DNA of 64,000 bases from NCBI GenBank assembly GCA_963828255.1, contig CAWHDZ010000025.1, positions 32,001 to 96,000 of the forward strand, written 5' to 3'. The position numbers and the translations under genes are program-made. This DNA comes from an uncultured delta proteobacterium. GTDB taxonomy: Bacteria > Myxococcota > Myxococcia > Myxococcales > Anaeromyxobacteraceae. Under the pieces are notes generated by a model. That model had not been told where the DNA came from and made no database searches. It was given only the letters and a program-made list of their open reading frames with translations. Shown piece by piece: positions 50,333 to 61,110 of this stretch (its first letter is position 1; each line of letters begins with the position of its first letter).

Positions 50333-51384
50333 CCGGCGCGACCCGGCTCCCCCTCGTCACCGCCGACCTCCCCGGCTCGGGAGGAACCCTGAAGCTGAGC
50401 CCGGAGGACTTCCGGGTGGAGGAGATCCCTGCCTACGCCCCCTGCGGCGAGGGGCCCCACCTGTGGCTCAAGATACAGAAGCGGGGGCGGACCACCCGCG
50501 ACGTGGTGCGGGAGGCGGCGCGGCTGCTCGGGGTGCAGGAGCGCGACGTCGGGGTGGCCGGCCTGAAGGACCGGCACGCGGTGACCGTCCAGTGGCTCTC
50601 CTTCCCGGTGGCGAAGGGGCCCGACCCGGCCTCGCTGGGGGGCGACGGATGGCGCGTGATCTCCGCCTCCCGCCACGGGAACAAGCTGCGCACCGGCCAC
50701 TCGCGCGGCAACCGGTTCGCCATCGTGGTGCGCGGGGGCGACCTCGGCGCCGCCCGGGCCGCCGCCGACGCCGTCGCGGTCCGCGGCCTCCCCAACTTCT
50801 TCGGCTCCCAGCGCTTCGGCGCCGACGGCAAGAACGCCGACCTGGGGCGCGCCATCCTGCGCGGCGACGGCGACCCCGAGGCCCGCCGCGCCTCGCGCGA
50901 CCGGTTCCTGCGCCGGATGGCGCTCTCGGCCTGGCAGTCCCTCCTCTTCAACCGCTGGCTCGCCGAGCGGATGCGGGACGGCCTCTTCGCCCGCGCCATC
51001 CCCGGCGACGCCATGAAGAAGCTCGATTCCGGGGGCGTCTTCGCCTGCGAGGACGCGGCCGCGGACCAGCCCCGGGTGGAGCGGTTCGAGATCTCGCCGG
51101 CCGGTCCCATGTTCGGCCACGCGCTGCGGCCCGCCACCGGCGAGGCGGGGGAGCGGGAGGCGCGGATCCTCGCGGCCGACGGCGTCGCGGTGGCCGACCT
51201 GGCGCGCGGAGGGGGCGAGACCGAGGGGACGCGCCGGGCCGGTCGCATCCCGGTTTCGGTGGAGCTCGCGGAGGTCGAGGGGGGCTACCGGGCCAGCTTC
51301 GACCTGCCGCGCGGCTCCTACGCCACGGTGGTGATGGGAGAGCTCACCCGGTCGGAGGCGGACCTGGAGGAGGCCGGGGAGTGA
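50329..51384 (+). CDS. truD: tRNA pseudouridine(13) synthase
   Basis: [43 protein letters not shown]. Confidence 0.95.
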   Translation: MTGATRLPLVTADLPGSGGTLKLSPEDFRVEEIPAYAPCGEGPHLWLKIQKRGRTTRDVVREAARLLGVQERDVGVAGLKDRHAVTVQWLSFPVAKGPDPASLGGDGWRVISASRHGNKLRTGHSRGNRFAIVVRGGDLGAARAAADAVAVRGLPNFFGSQRFGADGKNADLGRAILRGDGDPEARRASRDRFLRRMALSAWQSLLFNRWLAERMRDGLFARAIPGDAMKKLDSGGVFACEDAAADQPRVERFEISPAGPMFGHALRPATGEAGEREARILAADGVAVADLARGGGETEGTRRAGRIPVSVELAEVEGGYRASFDLPRGSYATVVMGELTRSEADLEEAGE

Positions 51385-51387
51385 AAG

Positions 51388-52322
51388 CTAGAAGGCGATC
51401 GCCAGCACGCCGCCGGTGAGGGCCGCGGCGCCGGCCACCCCGTAGAGGACATTGGCCGCGGTGGCGGAGCTCTGGGCCTTGCTGGCCAGCGCGTCGGCCT
51501 GTGACCGGTCGTTCCCTCCGGCGAGCAGGTCGTTCTGGGCGCTGCGGGCCTGGAGCCCCATCACGACCCCCGCCCCGGCCGCGACCACCGCCACCCCGCC
51601 GGCGATGATGGGACCGAGCCAGCTCTTGCGCTCGACCGGCCTTGGCGCCGGGTCGGGGACGGTGGCCCCGGGAGGGGGCGCCGCCGGATTCACCGTCAGT
51701 ACGGGCGCGGCGGCGGGGCCCTGGCCCGGCTCGAGGACCAGGTTCACCTCGAGTGACTGGAGGGGGAGCAGGACCACCTGGCGCATCGCGCTCCTCCTCC
51801 CCGGCGCCGAGGCGCCGAGCTGGTACGGGCCGGGCGGGTAGGCGGCGTCGAGGGGCGCCTTGCCCACGGAGGCGCCGTCCACCGTGAGGTCGGCGCCGGG
51901 AGGATCGGTGGTGACGTGGAGCATCTGGCGCCCCGTGGCGGCGAGCTTGGCCTCGAGCGCCTTCACGTTCCGTTGCACCGCCTCCCGGTTCGAAGCGGAC
52001 GGGTCGAGCCGGAGGTAGCGGGCGAAGGAGGCGAGCGCGGCGGCCTGGTCGCCGAGCTTCTCCTGGCACTGCCCGATGTTGAACTGGAGGGCCGGGCTGG
52101 GCTTCAGCCGGTCGGCCGCCTCGAACTGGAGAATGGCCTCCCGGTACTTCCCCGCCCTGTAGAGGTCTGCGCCCTTCCGGTATGCGGCCCGGGCCTCGGC
52201 GGCGGGGTCGGCGGACGGGCCGGTGGAAGGGGCGGTGGGCGACGGGGGGACGGATCGGCGCCGGCGCCGGCGCCGGGGAGCGCCAGGAGTGCCGCGAGGA
52301 GGAGGAGGCGGAGGCCCGTCAA
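51388..52322 (-). CDS. TPR + PEGA domain protein (frameshift in G-run at 52244-52249)
   Basis: TTG start with signal peptide, then AEARAAYRKG..LYRAGKYREAILQFEAA...FNIGQCQEKLGD (TPR), VTTDPPGADLTVDG (PEGA), C-terminal TM segments. Confidence 0.75.
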
Positions 52323-52344
52323 TGTCCTTCCCGGAGGGGGACGG

Positions 52345-53898
52345 TCACCGCGCGGTCGGTCCGTACGGGTCGAGGAGGTCGTTCCCGGACGGCACATTCT
52401 CCCCGGTCCCGGCCTTCGAGCCAACCCCGGCGGGGGTGCGGGCCGGCTTCGGGCGCGACGGCCGGGGCGGGGGCGGCTCCGCCGCCGAGGCGGAGGGCGG
52501 GGGGTCGTGCGGCGCCGGGGAGGGCTCCGGAACGGCCTCCGGCGGGGTCTGGGCGGTGGGGGTCTGGGCGGCCGGCTCGACCCGGGGAGGCGCGGCGGGG
52601 CCATCGCCGCCCCCGCGCACGGCCAGGGCCGCAACCACCCCGGAGAGGAGCGCCAGGAAGAGGAGCCCGAGGACCGCGGCGAGCGCGAACTGCGACCGCC
52701 GGCGGGAGACGACCTCGACCTCGGAGCGGGTGTCCCGCCTCACCCGGGTGGACTGGCGGGAGGGGACCGGCTCCGGGAGCGGGGGCGCGAAGTCACGCAG
52801 CGGGAGGGTGTCGCCGAGGGGCAGCGTCTCACCGCGGGAGCTGGAGCGGGGCGCCCTGCGGTCCACGACCTTGTCCGGGGCCCGTTCATCGGTCCGGTCG
52901 GTGGCCCGTCCGGTGAGGAGCGGGGAGACCGACGTGCCGAAGATGGGGGAGCGCAGCATCTCGATGTCGGCGGCGGCCAGCCGGGAGAGCTCGGCCGACA
53001 GCTCCTCCATCGACTGCTGCCTCCCCTCCGGACGCTTCACGAGGGCCCGCAGGACGATCTGCTCGACCTCCGGGGGCAGCTCGGGGCGCAGCCTTCGAGG
53101 CGGCACAGGGGCGTCGCTCTGGTGCTTCATGAGCGTCGCGAGCGGCGTGTCCCCGTCGAAGGGGAGCCGTCCGGTGAGGGTCTCGTAGGCCAGCACCCCG
53201 AAGGCGTAGACGTCGGAGCGCTGGTCGATGACGTTGGAGGAGGCCTGCTCGGGCGACATGTACTCGGGCGTGCCGATGATCGATCCGGCCTTGGTGAGCC
53301 GCTTGGAATCGGGCGTGCCCGGCCCCTTGGCGATCCCGAAGTCGAGCACCTTCACGAAGTCGGCGCCGTCGTTCCGGCGCAGGATGAAGACGTTCTCCGG
53401 CTTCAGGTCGCGGTGGACGATGCCCCGCTCGTGGGCGGCGCCGAGCGCCCGGCAGATCTGCAGGAAGATGGGGACCGCCCGCGCCACCGGCATCGGCCCG
53501 TCCCGGTGGAGGATGCGGGCCAGGCTCTCCCCGTCGAGGGCCTCCATGACGAAGTAGGCCTCCCCTTCCGGGGTATGCCCGAAGTCGAAGACCTCGACGA
53601 TGTTCTCCTGGCCGATCTGGCTCGCCGCCCTGGCCTCGTGCTGGAAGCGGTCGAGCAGTTCGGCGTCCCGGGAGTACTCCGGCCGCAGCACCTTCACCGC
53701 CATCCGCTTGCCCAGCGTCACGTGCTCGGCGAGGTAGATGCTTCCCATCCCGCCCTGTCCCAGGCGGGACAGGATCCGGTAGCGGTCGCCAAGGATCCGG
53801 CCCACCAGGTCGTGGGTTGGCGCGAGGAGGGTGCCGTCCACCGGGCAGACGGTGACGCCTTCCTCGCTCTTGGTCCGGCATGTGGGGCAAACAGGCAT
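52345..53898 (-). CDS. Membrane-anchored Ser/Thr protein kinase
   Basis: CPTC/CPVD N-terminus, LGQGGMG, AVK, HRDLKPEN, DFG, GTPEYMSPE; TM segment and Pro-rich tail. Confidence 0.93.
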   Translation of the reverse strand: MPVCPTCRTKSEEGVTVCPVDGTLLAPTHDLVGRILGDRYRILSRLGQGGMGSIYLAEHVTLGKRMAVKVLRPEYSRDAELLDRFQHEARAASQIGQENIVEVFDFGHTPEGEAYFVMEALDGESLARILHRDGPMPVARAVPIFLQICRALGAAHERGIVHRDLKPENVFILRRNDGADFVKVLDFGIAKGPGTPDSKRLTKAGSIIGTPEYMSPEQASSNVIDQRSDVYAFGVLAYETLTGRLPFDGDTPLATLMKHQSDAPVPPRRLRPELPPEVEQIVLRALVKRPEGRQQSMEELSAELSRLAAADIEMLRSPIFGTSVSPLLTGRATDRTDERAPDKVVDRRAPRSSSRGETLPLGDTLPLRDFAPPLPEPVPSRQSTRVRRDTRSEVEVVSRRRSQFALAAVLGLLFLALLSGVVAALAVRGGGDGPAAPPRVEPAAQTPTAQTPPEAVPEPSPAPHDPPPSASAAEPPPPRPSRPKPARTPAGVGSKAGTGENVPSGNDLLDPYGPTAR

Positions 53899-53967
53899 AC
53901 GCGGCGGGCGCCGAGATCGGATAAGGTATCACAACCTGCCGGAAGTCCGGGCGAAAGTGGGGAACGG

Positions 53968-55563
53968 GTGTCGGAGCTCTTCGTGGTCAACGGAATATGC
54001 GGGGGGACGGTCTTCTTCCTCCCCGACGTTCCCACCGTTCTCGGACGCTCCGCCGAGTGCCAGGTCCAGATCGCCGACCCCTGGATCTCCAGCATGCACG
54101 CCATGTTCGAGAAGCGCGGGAACGAGCTCTGGCTCGTGGACCTCGAGAGCCGCAACGGGACCTGGGTGAACGAGCACAAGGTCCGGGAGGCCCCGCTCTC
54201 CCCGGGCTACCGGCTCCGCTTCGGCAAGACCGAGGTCGAGCTGCGCGAGGGGCTCACCCCCCGTCCGCTCCAGCCGCTCCTCGCCGAGACCGGCACCATC
54301 GTCCGCTACCTGGCCGACATGCAGGCCGAGTCGCGGGAAGCCCAGCAGCCCGACCTGCCGTCGAAGCGCGACACCGACCCGAGCTCGCGGCGCATCACCG
54401 GCCGGGGCCAGGGGTCGAGACGGCAGATCGCCATCGTGAACGACATCGGACGGGCGCTCATCGACGCCCCCGACCTCGACGCCACGCTGTCCCGGATCCT
54501 CCACACCGTGGCCAGCGCGGTCCGCGCCGAGCGCTCCACGCTGCTCCTCATGGACGAGTCGGGGCACATGCAGCCCCGCGCCACCGAGCCGCCCGGCTCC
54601 CCGCCCCGCATCTCGGAGACGGTGGTCACCGCGGCCGCCAAGGGGCGCGCCGGCCTGCTCACCATCGACGCCCAGCAGGACCTGCGCTTCACCGGCAGCA
54701 AATCGGTGATCGTGCAGGGGATCCGCTCCTGCCTCTGCGTCCCGGTCTGGGCCGACAACCGGATCCTCGGGATGCTGGTCATGGACCGCAGCTTCGTGGA
54801 TCCCTTCACCGCCGACGACCTCGAGCTCACCACCCTGGTGGGCTACCAGGCGGCGCTGGCCATCGAGCGGTCCCGCTTCCTGGCCGGGGTGGCGGAGGAG
54901 GAGGAGCAGCGGCGCAGCCTGGCCCGCCACTTCTCCCGCGACGTGGGGACGCTGGTGGTGGCCAAGGAGCAGGGCGGCGACGATCCGCTCGAGCCCCAGG
55001 TGCGCGACGACGTCACCGTGCTCTTCGCCGACGTGCAGGGGATCTCCGGGCTGCTCGGACGGCTCCCGCCCCGGGACCTCGCGTCGCTCCTCGGCGACTT
55101 CTACCAGGCCATGTCGGAGGCGATCTTCGAGCAGCAGGGAACCCTCGACAAGTTCGTCGGCGACGCGGTGCTGGCGGTGTTCGGCGCTCCCATCGCCATG
55201 GCCGACGGGGCCACGCGGGCGCTGCGCTGCGCCTTCCGGATGCTGGAGCTCATCGAGGAGTCGAACCGGGGGCTTCCGGCCGACCGGCGCTTCACCATCC
55301 GCGTGGGCGTGAACACCGGGACCGTCGTCGCCGGCAACTTCGGGACGCCGGAGCGCACCGAGTACACCGTGCTCGGCGACACGGTGAGCGTGGCGGCGCG
55401 GCTCGAGGCCATGGCCGCCCCCGGGACGGTCTACGTGGGCCGGGAGACGGCGCGGCAGGCGGCCGCCACCTTCTCCTTCCAGGACCTCGGCCGGCGCGTG
55501 CCCCGGGGCGTCGCCCCTCCCGTGGACGTGCTCCAGGCGGTGGGACCCATCGAATGCAACTGA
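53968..55563 (+). CDS. FHA-GAF-class III nucleotidyl (adenylate) cyclase
   Basis: LGRS..ISSMHA..DLESRNGTWVN (FHA); SCLCVPVW..ILGML (GAF); VLFADVQG, DKFVGD, GVNTG, YTVLGDTV.VAARLE. Confidence 0.88.
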   Translation: MSELFVVNGICGGTVFFLPDVPTVLGRSAECQVQIADPWISSMHAMFEKRGNELWLVDLESRNGTWVNEHKVREAPLSPGYRLRFGKTEVELREGLTPRPLQPLLAETGTIVRYLADMQAESREAQQPDLPSKRDTDPSSRRITGRGQGSRRQIAIVNDIGRALIDAPDLDATLSRILHTVASAVRAERSTLLLMDESGHMQPRATEPPGSPPRISETVVTAAAKGRAGLLTIDAQQDLRFTGSKSVIVQGIRSCLCVPVWADNRILGMLVMDRSFVDPFTADDLELTTLVGYQAALAIERSRFLAGVAEEEEQRRSLARHFSRDVGTLVVAKEQGGDDPLEPQVRDDVTVLFADVQGISGLLGRLPPRDLASLLGDFYQAMSEAIFEQQGTLDKFVGDAVLAVFGAPIAMADGATRALRCAFRMLELIEESNRGLPADRRFTIRVGVNTGTVVAGNFGTPERTEYTVLGDTVSVAARLEAMAAPGTVYVGRETARQAAATFSFQDLGRRVPRGVAPPVDVLQAVGPIECN

Positions 55564-56213
55564 CGGTTCGCGACGCGGCTCGGCTCCTCGGGGTCGGCGA
55601 GCAGGTGCTGGAACGCTGGGTGAGGCGAGGGGAGCTCCCGGCGCAGCTGGTGGACGACCGCTACCGGTTCAACCGCATCGAGCTGCTGGAGTGGGCCGCG
55701 CAGCGCAAGATGCAGGTCTCCTCCGAGATCCTGGAGGAGCCGGGGCTCGCGCAGCGGGCGTCGATGCCGATCGTGCACGCGGTGCGGGCCGGAGGGATCC
55801 ACCGTGGGCTCCCCGGAGGCGGGAAGGAGAACCTGCTCCGGGCCATGACGGACAGGATCCCCGCCCCTCCCGGCTTCGACCGGGAGTTCCTCTACCAGAT
55901 GGTGCTGGCCCGGGAGCACCTGGGCTCCACCTCGCTCGGCAACGGCATCGCCATCCCGCACCCGCGCGAGCCCATCGTGCTGCGCCTGGACCAGCCGGCG
56001 GTGGCCGTCTTCTTCCCCGACGCACCGGTGGACTTCGGCGACGTGACGCCGGTCCACACCATCTGCCTGGTCGTCAGCCCCTCCACCCGCGCGCACCTCC
56101 ACGCGCTGGCCTCGCTGGCGACGGCGCTGCGCGACCCGGAGGTCGCGGCGAAGCTCGCCGCGCGTGCGCCCGACGCGGAGATCCTGGGAGCCATCGAGCG
56201 GGTGGGGCAGTGA
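55554..56213 (+). CDS. Excisionase-type HTH fused to PTS EIIA(Ntr/Fru-like) domain
   Basis: LTVRDAARLLGV..LERWVRRGELPA...YRFNR; RE..GSTSLGNGIAIPH with the phospho-acceptor His. Confidence 0.85.
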   Translation: MQLTVRDAARLLGVGEQVLERWVRRGELPAQLVDDRYRFNRIELLEWAAQRKMQVSSEILEEPGLAQRASMPIVHAVRAGGIHRGLPGGGKENLLRAMTDRIPAPPGFDREFLYQMVLAREHLGSTSLGNGIAIPHPREPIVLRLDQPAVAVFFPDAPVDFGDVTPVHTICLVVSPSTRAHLHALASLATALRDPEVAAKLAARAPDAEILGAIERVGQ

Positions 56214-58200
56214 GCCCGTACCTGGCGGCGCTCGCCATCCTGGCCGCCGGAGCCCTGGCCGGCCCGGTCCTGTCCCGCCGCCCGGCGCTCGCGCTCCGGG
56301 TGGGCTCGGCCGCCTCCGTGGCGGGGAGCCTCGTCGGCCTGGCCTCGGTCCTGCCCTTCCTCCTCGGCGCCCCCCCGGCCGACCTGGTCCTCCCCTGGTC
56401 GGAGCCGCTCGGCTCCTTCCACCTCCGGCTCGACCCCCTCTCCGCCTTCTTCCAGGCCGCCCTGTTCGCGGTGGCCGTCCCCGCCTCGGCCTTCGGCGCC
56501 GGGTACATGAAGCCGTGCGTGGGGCGGCGGCCCATGGGCGGGTTCGTCCTCGCCTACGGCCTCCTGCTCGTCTCCATCTCGCTGGTCCTCTCCGCCGCCG
56601 ACGGGGTGCTCTTCCTGGTGGCCTGGGAGGTGATGACCATCGCCTCCTTCGTGCTCGTCACCTTCGACGACGAGAGACTTCAAGTTCGCCGCGCCGGCTT
56701 CGTCTTCCTGGTGGCCTCCCACGTGGGCACGGCCTTCCTCTTCGCCCTGTTCCTCCTGCTGGGGCGGGAGGCCGGCGGCTTCGACTTCGTCCGCTTCGAG
56801 GCGCTGCGGGGGGCGGGCGCGGCGGCCCCCTGGCTCCTCTTCACCCTCGGTCTCGTGGGCTTCGGGACCAAGGCCGGCCTGGTGCCGCTGCACGTCTGGC
56901 TTCCCGAGGCCCACCCGGCAGCGCCGAGCCACGTCTCGGCCCTCCTCTCCGGGGTGATGATCAAGACCGGCGTGTACGGGCTCCTGCGCCTGCTCGGCTT
57001 CCTCCCCCCCTCGGCGTGGGGTACGGGCTCCTGCTCGGCGCCATCGGCCTGGGCAGCGCGCTGGTGGCCATCATCCTCACCCTCGGTCAAGGGGATCTCA
57101 AGAGGGCGCTGGCCTACTCCAGCGTCGAGAACGTGGGGCTCGTGGTCCTGGGGGTGGGGCTGGCCGTGGCCGCCGGGGCCGCCGGGCACCCGGTGGTGGC
57201 GGCGCTGGGGATGGGCGGCGCGCTCTTCCACGTCTGGAACCACGCCCTCATGAAGGGGCTCGCCTTCCTGGGGGCGGGCACGCTGGTCCACGCCGCCCAC
57301 TCGCAGGATCTCGAGAGGATGGGCGGCCTGCTGGCGCGACTCCCGGTGACCGGGGCCCTCCTCCTGGTGGGGCTCGGCGCCCTGGCCGCCCTGCCGCCGC
57401 TCTCCGGGTTCGCCTCCAAGTGGCTGCTGTACCTGGGGCTCCTGCGCGCCGGGGCGGCCTCGGCCTCGGCAGCCTCGGCGCTGGTGGCGTACCTGACGGT
57501 GGCGTCCCTGGCGCTCGTGGGGGCCATCGCGGCCATCTCCTTCACGCGCATCGCCGGCGTGGCGCTGCTGGGGGAGCCGCGCAGCCCGGAGGCCGCGGCC
57601 GCGCGGGAGGTGGGGCCATCCGGGTGGATGCCGCTCGCGCTGCTGGCGGCGGGGTGCCTGCTCTTCGGCCTCTTCCCGGCGCTGCCGCTGCGGATGGTGA
57701 CGCCGGTGGCGGTGCAGCTGGGGATGGGAGAGGCGGCGCGGGTGCTCGGGCCGGCCGGGGAGATGGGGGCGGCGCCGAGGGTGGTGGTGGGCGTCCTGAT
57801 CGCGGTCATGGGCGGGCTCATCGCATTGCGACGGCGCCTGGGAGGCGGCGCCGTCGCTGTGACCTGGGGCTGCGGCTTCACGGCCCCCACCGCGCGGATG
57901 GAGTACACGGCCTCCTCCTACGCGCAGGCCTTCCTCACCGCGCTCGTCCCGCGGTCGCTTCGACCGCGCGTGCACCTGCAGCCCCCCCGCGGCGTCTTCC
58001 CCGGGACGGGCGCCTTCCGCACCGACTCCCAGGATCCCGCCCGCACCCGCCTCTTCGACCCCCTCTTCCGCGTCCTGGGTGACCGGATGAGCCGGATGCG
58101 CCGTTTCCAGGCCGGGCGGCTCAACCTCCAGCTCCTCTACACGCTGGTCACGCTGGTGGCGCTGCTCGCCATGCTGGCCCTGTGGGGGCGTCTCCCGTGA
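56210..58200 (+). CDS. HyfB/EhrA-like antiporter-type membrane subunit 1 (frameshift in C-run at 57004-57010)
   Basis: FLVAWEVM, KAGLVPLHVWLPEAHPAAPSHVSA; second frame LKRALAYSSVEN, NHALMK, TWGCG. Confidence 0.88.
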
Positions 58201-60197
58201 CCGGCGCGCTCGCCCTGGCCGCTGTCGTGCTCGCCGCGTCGAGCGGCCTCCTCGGCCTCGCGCTGCGGGATCGCCCGGACCTGGGCCAGCGGCTCTCGGT
58301 GGGCGCTCTCTGCCTCGCCGCGGCGCTGGGGATCGCCGCGGCCGTCCCGGTGCTGGCCGGCTCCCCGGCCTTCGTGATCCACCTCTCCTGGAACCAGCCC
58401 CACGCCTCCCTCGCCTTCCGGCTCGACGCCCTCTCGGCCCTCTTCCTCCTGCCCATCCTCTGCGTCCCGGCGCTGGGCGCGGTCTTCGGGATCGGCTACT
58501 GGCCCGCCGAGGAGCACGGTTCACGTGCGGTGAAGTTACAGCTCTGGTACGGCGGGGTCACCGGCTCCATGGCGCTCGTCGTCCTGGCCGACAACGCCAT
58601 GCTCTTCATCCTGGCCTGGGAGGTGATGGCGGTCTGTGGATTCTTCCTGGTCCGCGGCGAGCCCGACCGGAAGGACGCGCAGAAGGCCTCCTGGGTCTAC
58701 CTGGCCGCCGCCCACGTGGGCACCTTCGCCATCCTCGCCTTCTTCGCCTCGGTGGGAAGCGCCCGGGGCAGCTTCGACTTCTCGGCCTGGGGCGGGCTCC
58801 AGGCCGGCGGCGCCGCGGCCTCCTGGCTTGCGCTGCTCGCGCTCCTGGGGTTCGGGCTCAAGGCCGGCCTGGTGCCGCTCCACTTCTGGCTGCCGGGCGC
58901 CCACGCCGCCGCGCCCAGCCACGTCTCGGCGGTGATGTCCGGCCTGGTGCTCAAGACCGGGATCTACGGCCTCTTCCGCACCGCCGGCTTCTTCGAGGCG
59001 CCGCCCGCCTCCTGGGGCGCGGTCCTCATGGTTCTGGGCGGGGTCTCCGGCGTGCTGGGCGTGGCGCTGGCGCTCGCCCAGCACGACCTCAAGCGGCTTC
59101 TCGCCTACCACTCGGTGGAGAACATCGGGATCATCACCATGGGGCTGGGGCTGGCGATGCTGGGGCGGTCCCGCGGGGAGCCGGGGCTCGTGCTGCTCGG
59201 CTTCGCCGGCGCGGCCCTCCACGTGGTGAACCACGCGCTCTTCAAGTCGCTGCTCTTCCTGGGAGCGGGGTCGGTGCAGCACGCCACCGGGACGCGCGAC
59301 ATCGAGCGGCTGGGCGGGCTCTCCCGCGCCATGCCCTGGACCGCCGGGCTCTTCCTGGTCGGCGCCGTCGCCATCAGCGGACTCCCGCCGCTCAACGGCT
59401 TCGTCTCGGAGTGGTTCGTGGCCCTGGGCGCGGTGTCGGCCCTCGAGCTGGCTCCGCTCGACCGGGCATCCTTCGCGGTGCTGGTGGCGCCTGTGCTGGC
59501 GCTCGTCGGCGCGCTGGCGGCGGCCTGCTTCGTGAAGGTGCAGGGGTCGGTCTTTCTGGGGAACCCCCGGACGCAGGAGGCGGTGCGGGCGAAGGAGTCA
59601 CCGCGGGTGATGCTCGTCCCCATGGCGGTGCTGGCGGGGGCGTGCGTGATCATCGGCCTCGTGCCGGCGCTCTTCCTCGCGCCGCTCGCGCGAGGGGCGG
59701 CGGCGTGGTCGGGGATGGATCCCACCAGGCTGGCGGGGCCGGCTGGGGCAGCGAGCGGGACGGCGACGTGGGTGAGCGGGGTGGCGGTGCTGCTCGTGGC
59801 GATCGTCTCCGGTTTGTGGTTCCTGCGCCGCCGGCTCGGCGCCGGCGTTGCTGGGGAAGTCGCCGGGGAGACCTGGGCCTGCGGCTACGCGGCCCCCACC
59901 GCCCGGATGGCCTACACGGGCAGTTCCTTCGCCCAGATCCTGAACCAGGGCTTCCGCTGGGTGCTCTTCCCGCGGGTCCGCTTCGCACCGCCCCGGGGGC
60001 CGTTCCCCACCGGAGCCCGCTTCTCCACCGAGCCCCGCGAGGCGGTTCTCGACCTGGCGCTCCTGCCCGCCGTCCGCGACTACATCTCCGCCACGTCCCG
60101 CGTGCGCGGCCTCATCGCCGGGAGGCTCCACCTCCAGGCCCTGCTCGTGCTCGCCACGCTGGTGGCGCTGCTCGCCTGGAGACTACTCTGGTGGTGA
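58197..60197 (+). CDS. HyfB/EhrA-like antiporter-type membrane subunit 2
   Basis: WEVM, KAGLVPLHFWLPGAH, LKRLLAYHSVEN, NHALFK, GLPPLNGFVSEW, TWACGY. Confidence 0.9.
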   Translation: MTGALALAAVVLAASSGLLGLALRDRPDLGQRLSVGALCLAAALGIAAAVPVLAGSPAFVIHLSWNQPHASLAFRLDALSALFLLPILCVPALGAVFGIGYWPAEEHGSRAVKLQLWYGGVTGSMALVVLADNAMLFILAWEVMAVCGFFLVRGEPDRKDAQKASWVYLAAAHVGTFAILAFFASVGSARGSFDFSAWGGLQAGGAAASWLALLALLGFGLKAGLVPLHFWLPGAHAAAPSHVSAVMSGLVLKTGIYGLFRTAGFFEAPPASWGAVLMVLGGVSGVLGVALALAQHDLKRLLAYHSVENIGIITMGLGLAMLGRSRGEPGLVLLGFAGAALHVVNHALFKSLLFLGAGSVQHATGTRDIERLGGLSRAMPWTAGLFLVGAVAISGLPPLNGFVSEWFVALGAVSALELAPLDRASFAVLVAPVLALVGALAAACFVKVQGSVFLGNPRTQEAVRAKESPRVMLVPMAVLAGACVIIGLVPALFLAPLARGAAAWSGMDPTRLAGPAGAASGTATWVSGVAVLLVAIVSGLWFLRRRLGAGVAGEVAGETWACGYAAPTARMAYTGSSFAQILNQGFRWVLFPRVRFAPPRGPFPTGARFSTEPREAVLDLALLPAVRDYISATSRVRGLIAGRLHLQALLVLATLVALLAWRLLWW

Positions 60198-60198
60198 C

Positions 60199-61110
60199 AT
60201 GATCCTGCGCGCGCTCTTCCAGATCGGGATCCTCCTCGTCCTGCCCCCGCTCCTCCTCGGGGTGGTGAACCGGGTGAAGGCCATCGTCGCCGGCCGGCAG
60301 GGGCCCCCGCTGCTCCAGCTCTACTTCGACGTCTGGAAGCTGCTCCAGAAGGGTGCGGTCTACAGCCGGACGACGACCTGGGTGTTCCGGGCCGGCCCCA
60401 TCGTCGGGCTCGCCGCCGTGGCCACGGCCGGGACCATGCTCCCGGTGGCCGGCCAGCCGGCCCTCTTCTCCTTCGCCGGCGACTTCGTCCTCTTCGCCTA
60501 CCTGCTCGCGCTGGCCCGCTTCGCCACCGCGCTCGCCGCGCTCGACACCGGCTCGTCCTTCGAGGGCATGGGGGCGGCCCGCGAGGTCTCCTTCGCCAGC
60601 ATGGCCGAGCCGGCGCTCTTCCTGGTGCTGGTGGTGATGGCCCGGGCCACCGGCTCCCTGTCGCTCTCCGGGATGCTCGGGCCGGCGCTCGCTCCGGCCT
60701 GGCGCGCCGCCGCCCCGGCCCTGCTCCTCTCCGCCATCGCCCTCTTCGTTGTGGCGCTGGCCGAGAACTCCCGCATCCCGGTGGACGACCCCAACACCCA
60801 CCTCGAGCTGACCATGATCCACGAGGTCATGGTGCTCGACCACTCCGGCCCCGACCTGGCCTTCATCCTCTACGGCGCCTCGCTCAAGTTCTTCCTCTTC
60901 GGCGCCCTCTTCGTGCGGCTGGTCGCCGACGTGGGGATCGCCGGGCTCTGGGCCGCCGAGGCGGTCTTCGTGGTCGAGCTCGTCGGCTTCGCCATCCTGG
61001 TCGGCGTGGTCGAGTCGGTCATGGCGCGCCTCCGGCTCACCCGGGTCCCGCAGATGCTGGTGGGCGCCTCGGTCCTCTCGATCTTCGCGCTGGTCCTTCT
61101 CCTGAGGTGA
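60199..61110 (+). CDS. HyfC/HycD (NuoH-like) membrane subunit
   Basis: GRQGPPLLQ..D..KLLQK, GAARE, ENSRIPVD..THLELTMIHE. Confidence 0.9.
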   Translation: MILRALFQIGILLVLPPLLLGVVNRVKAIVAGRQGPPLLQLYFDVWKLLQKGAVYSRTTTWVFRAGPIVGLAAVATAGTMLPVAGQPALFSFAGDFVLFAYLLALARFATALAALDTGSSFEGMGAAREVSFASMAEPALFLVLVVMARATGSLSLSGMLGPALAPAWRAAAPALLLSAIALFVVALAENSRIPVDDPNTHLELTMIHEVMVLDHSGPDLAFILYGASLKFFLFGALFVRLVADVGIAGLWAAEAVFVVELVGFAILVGVVESVMARLRLTRVPQMLVGASVLSIFALVLLLR

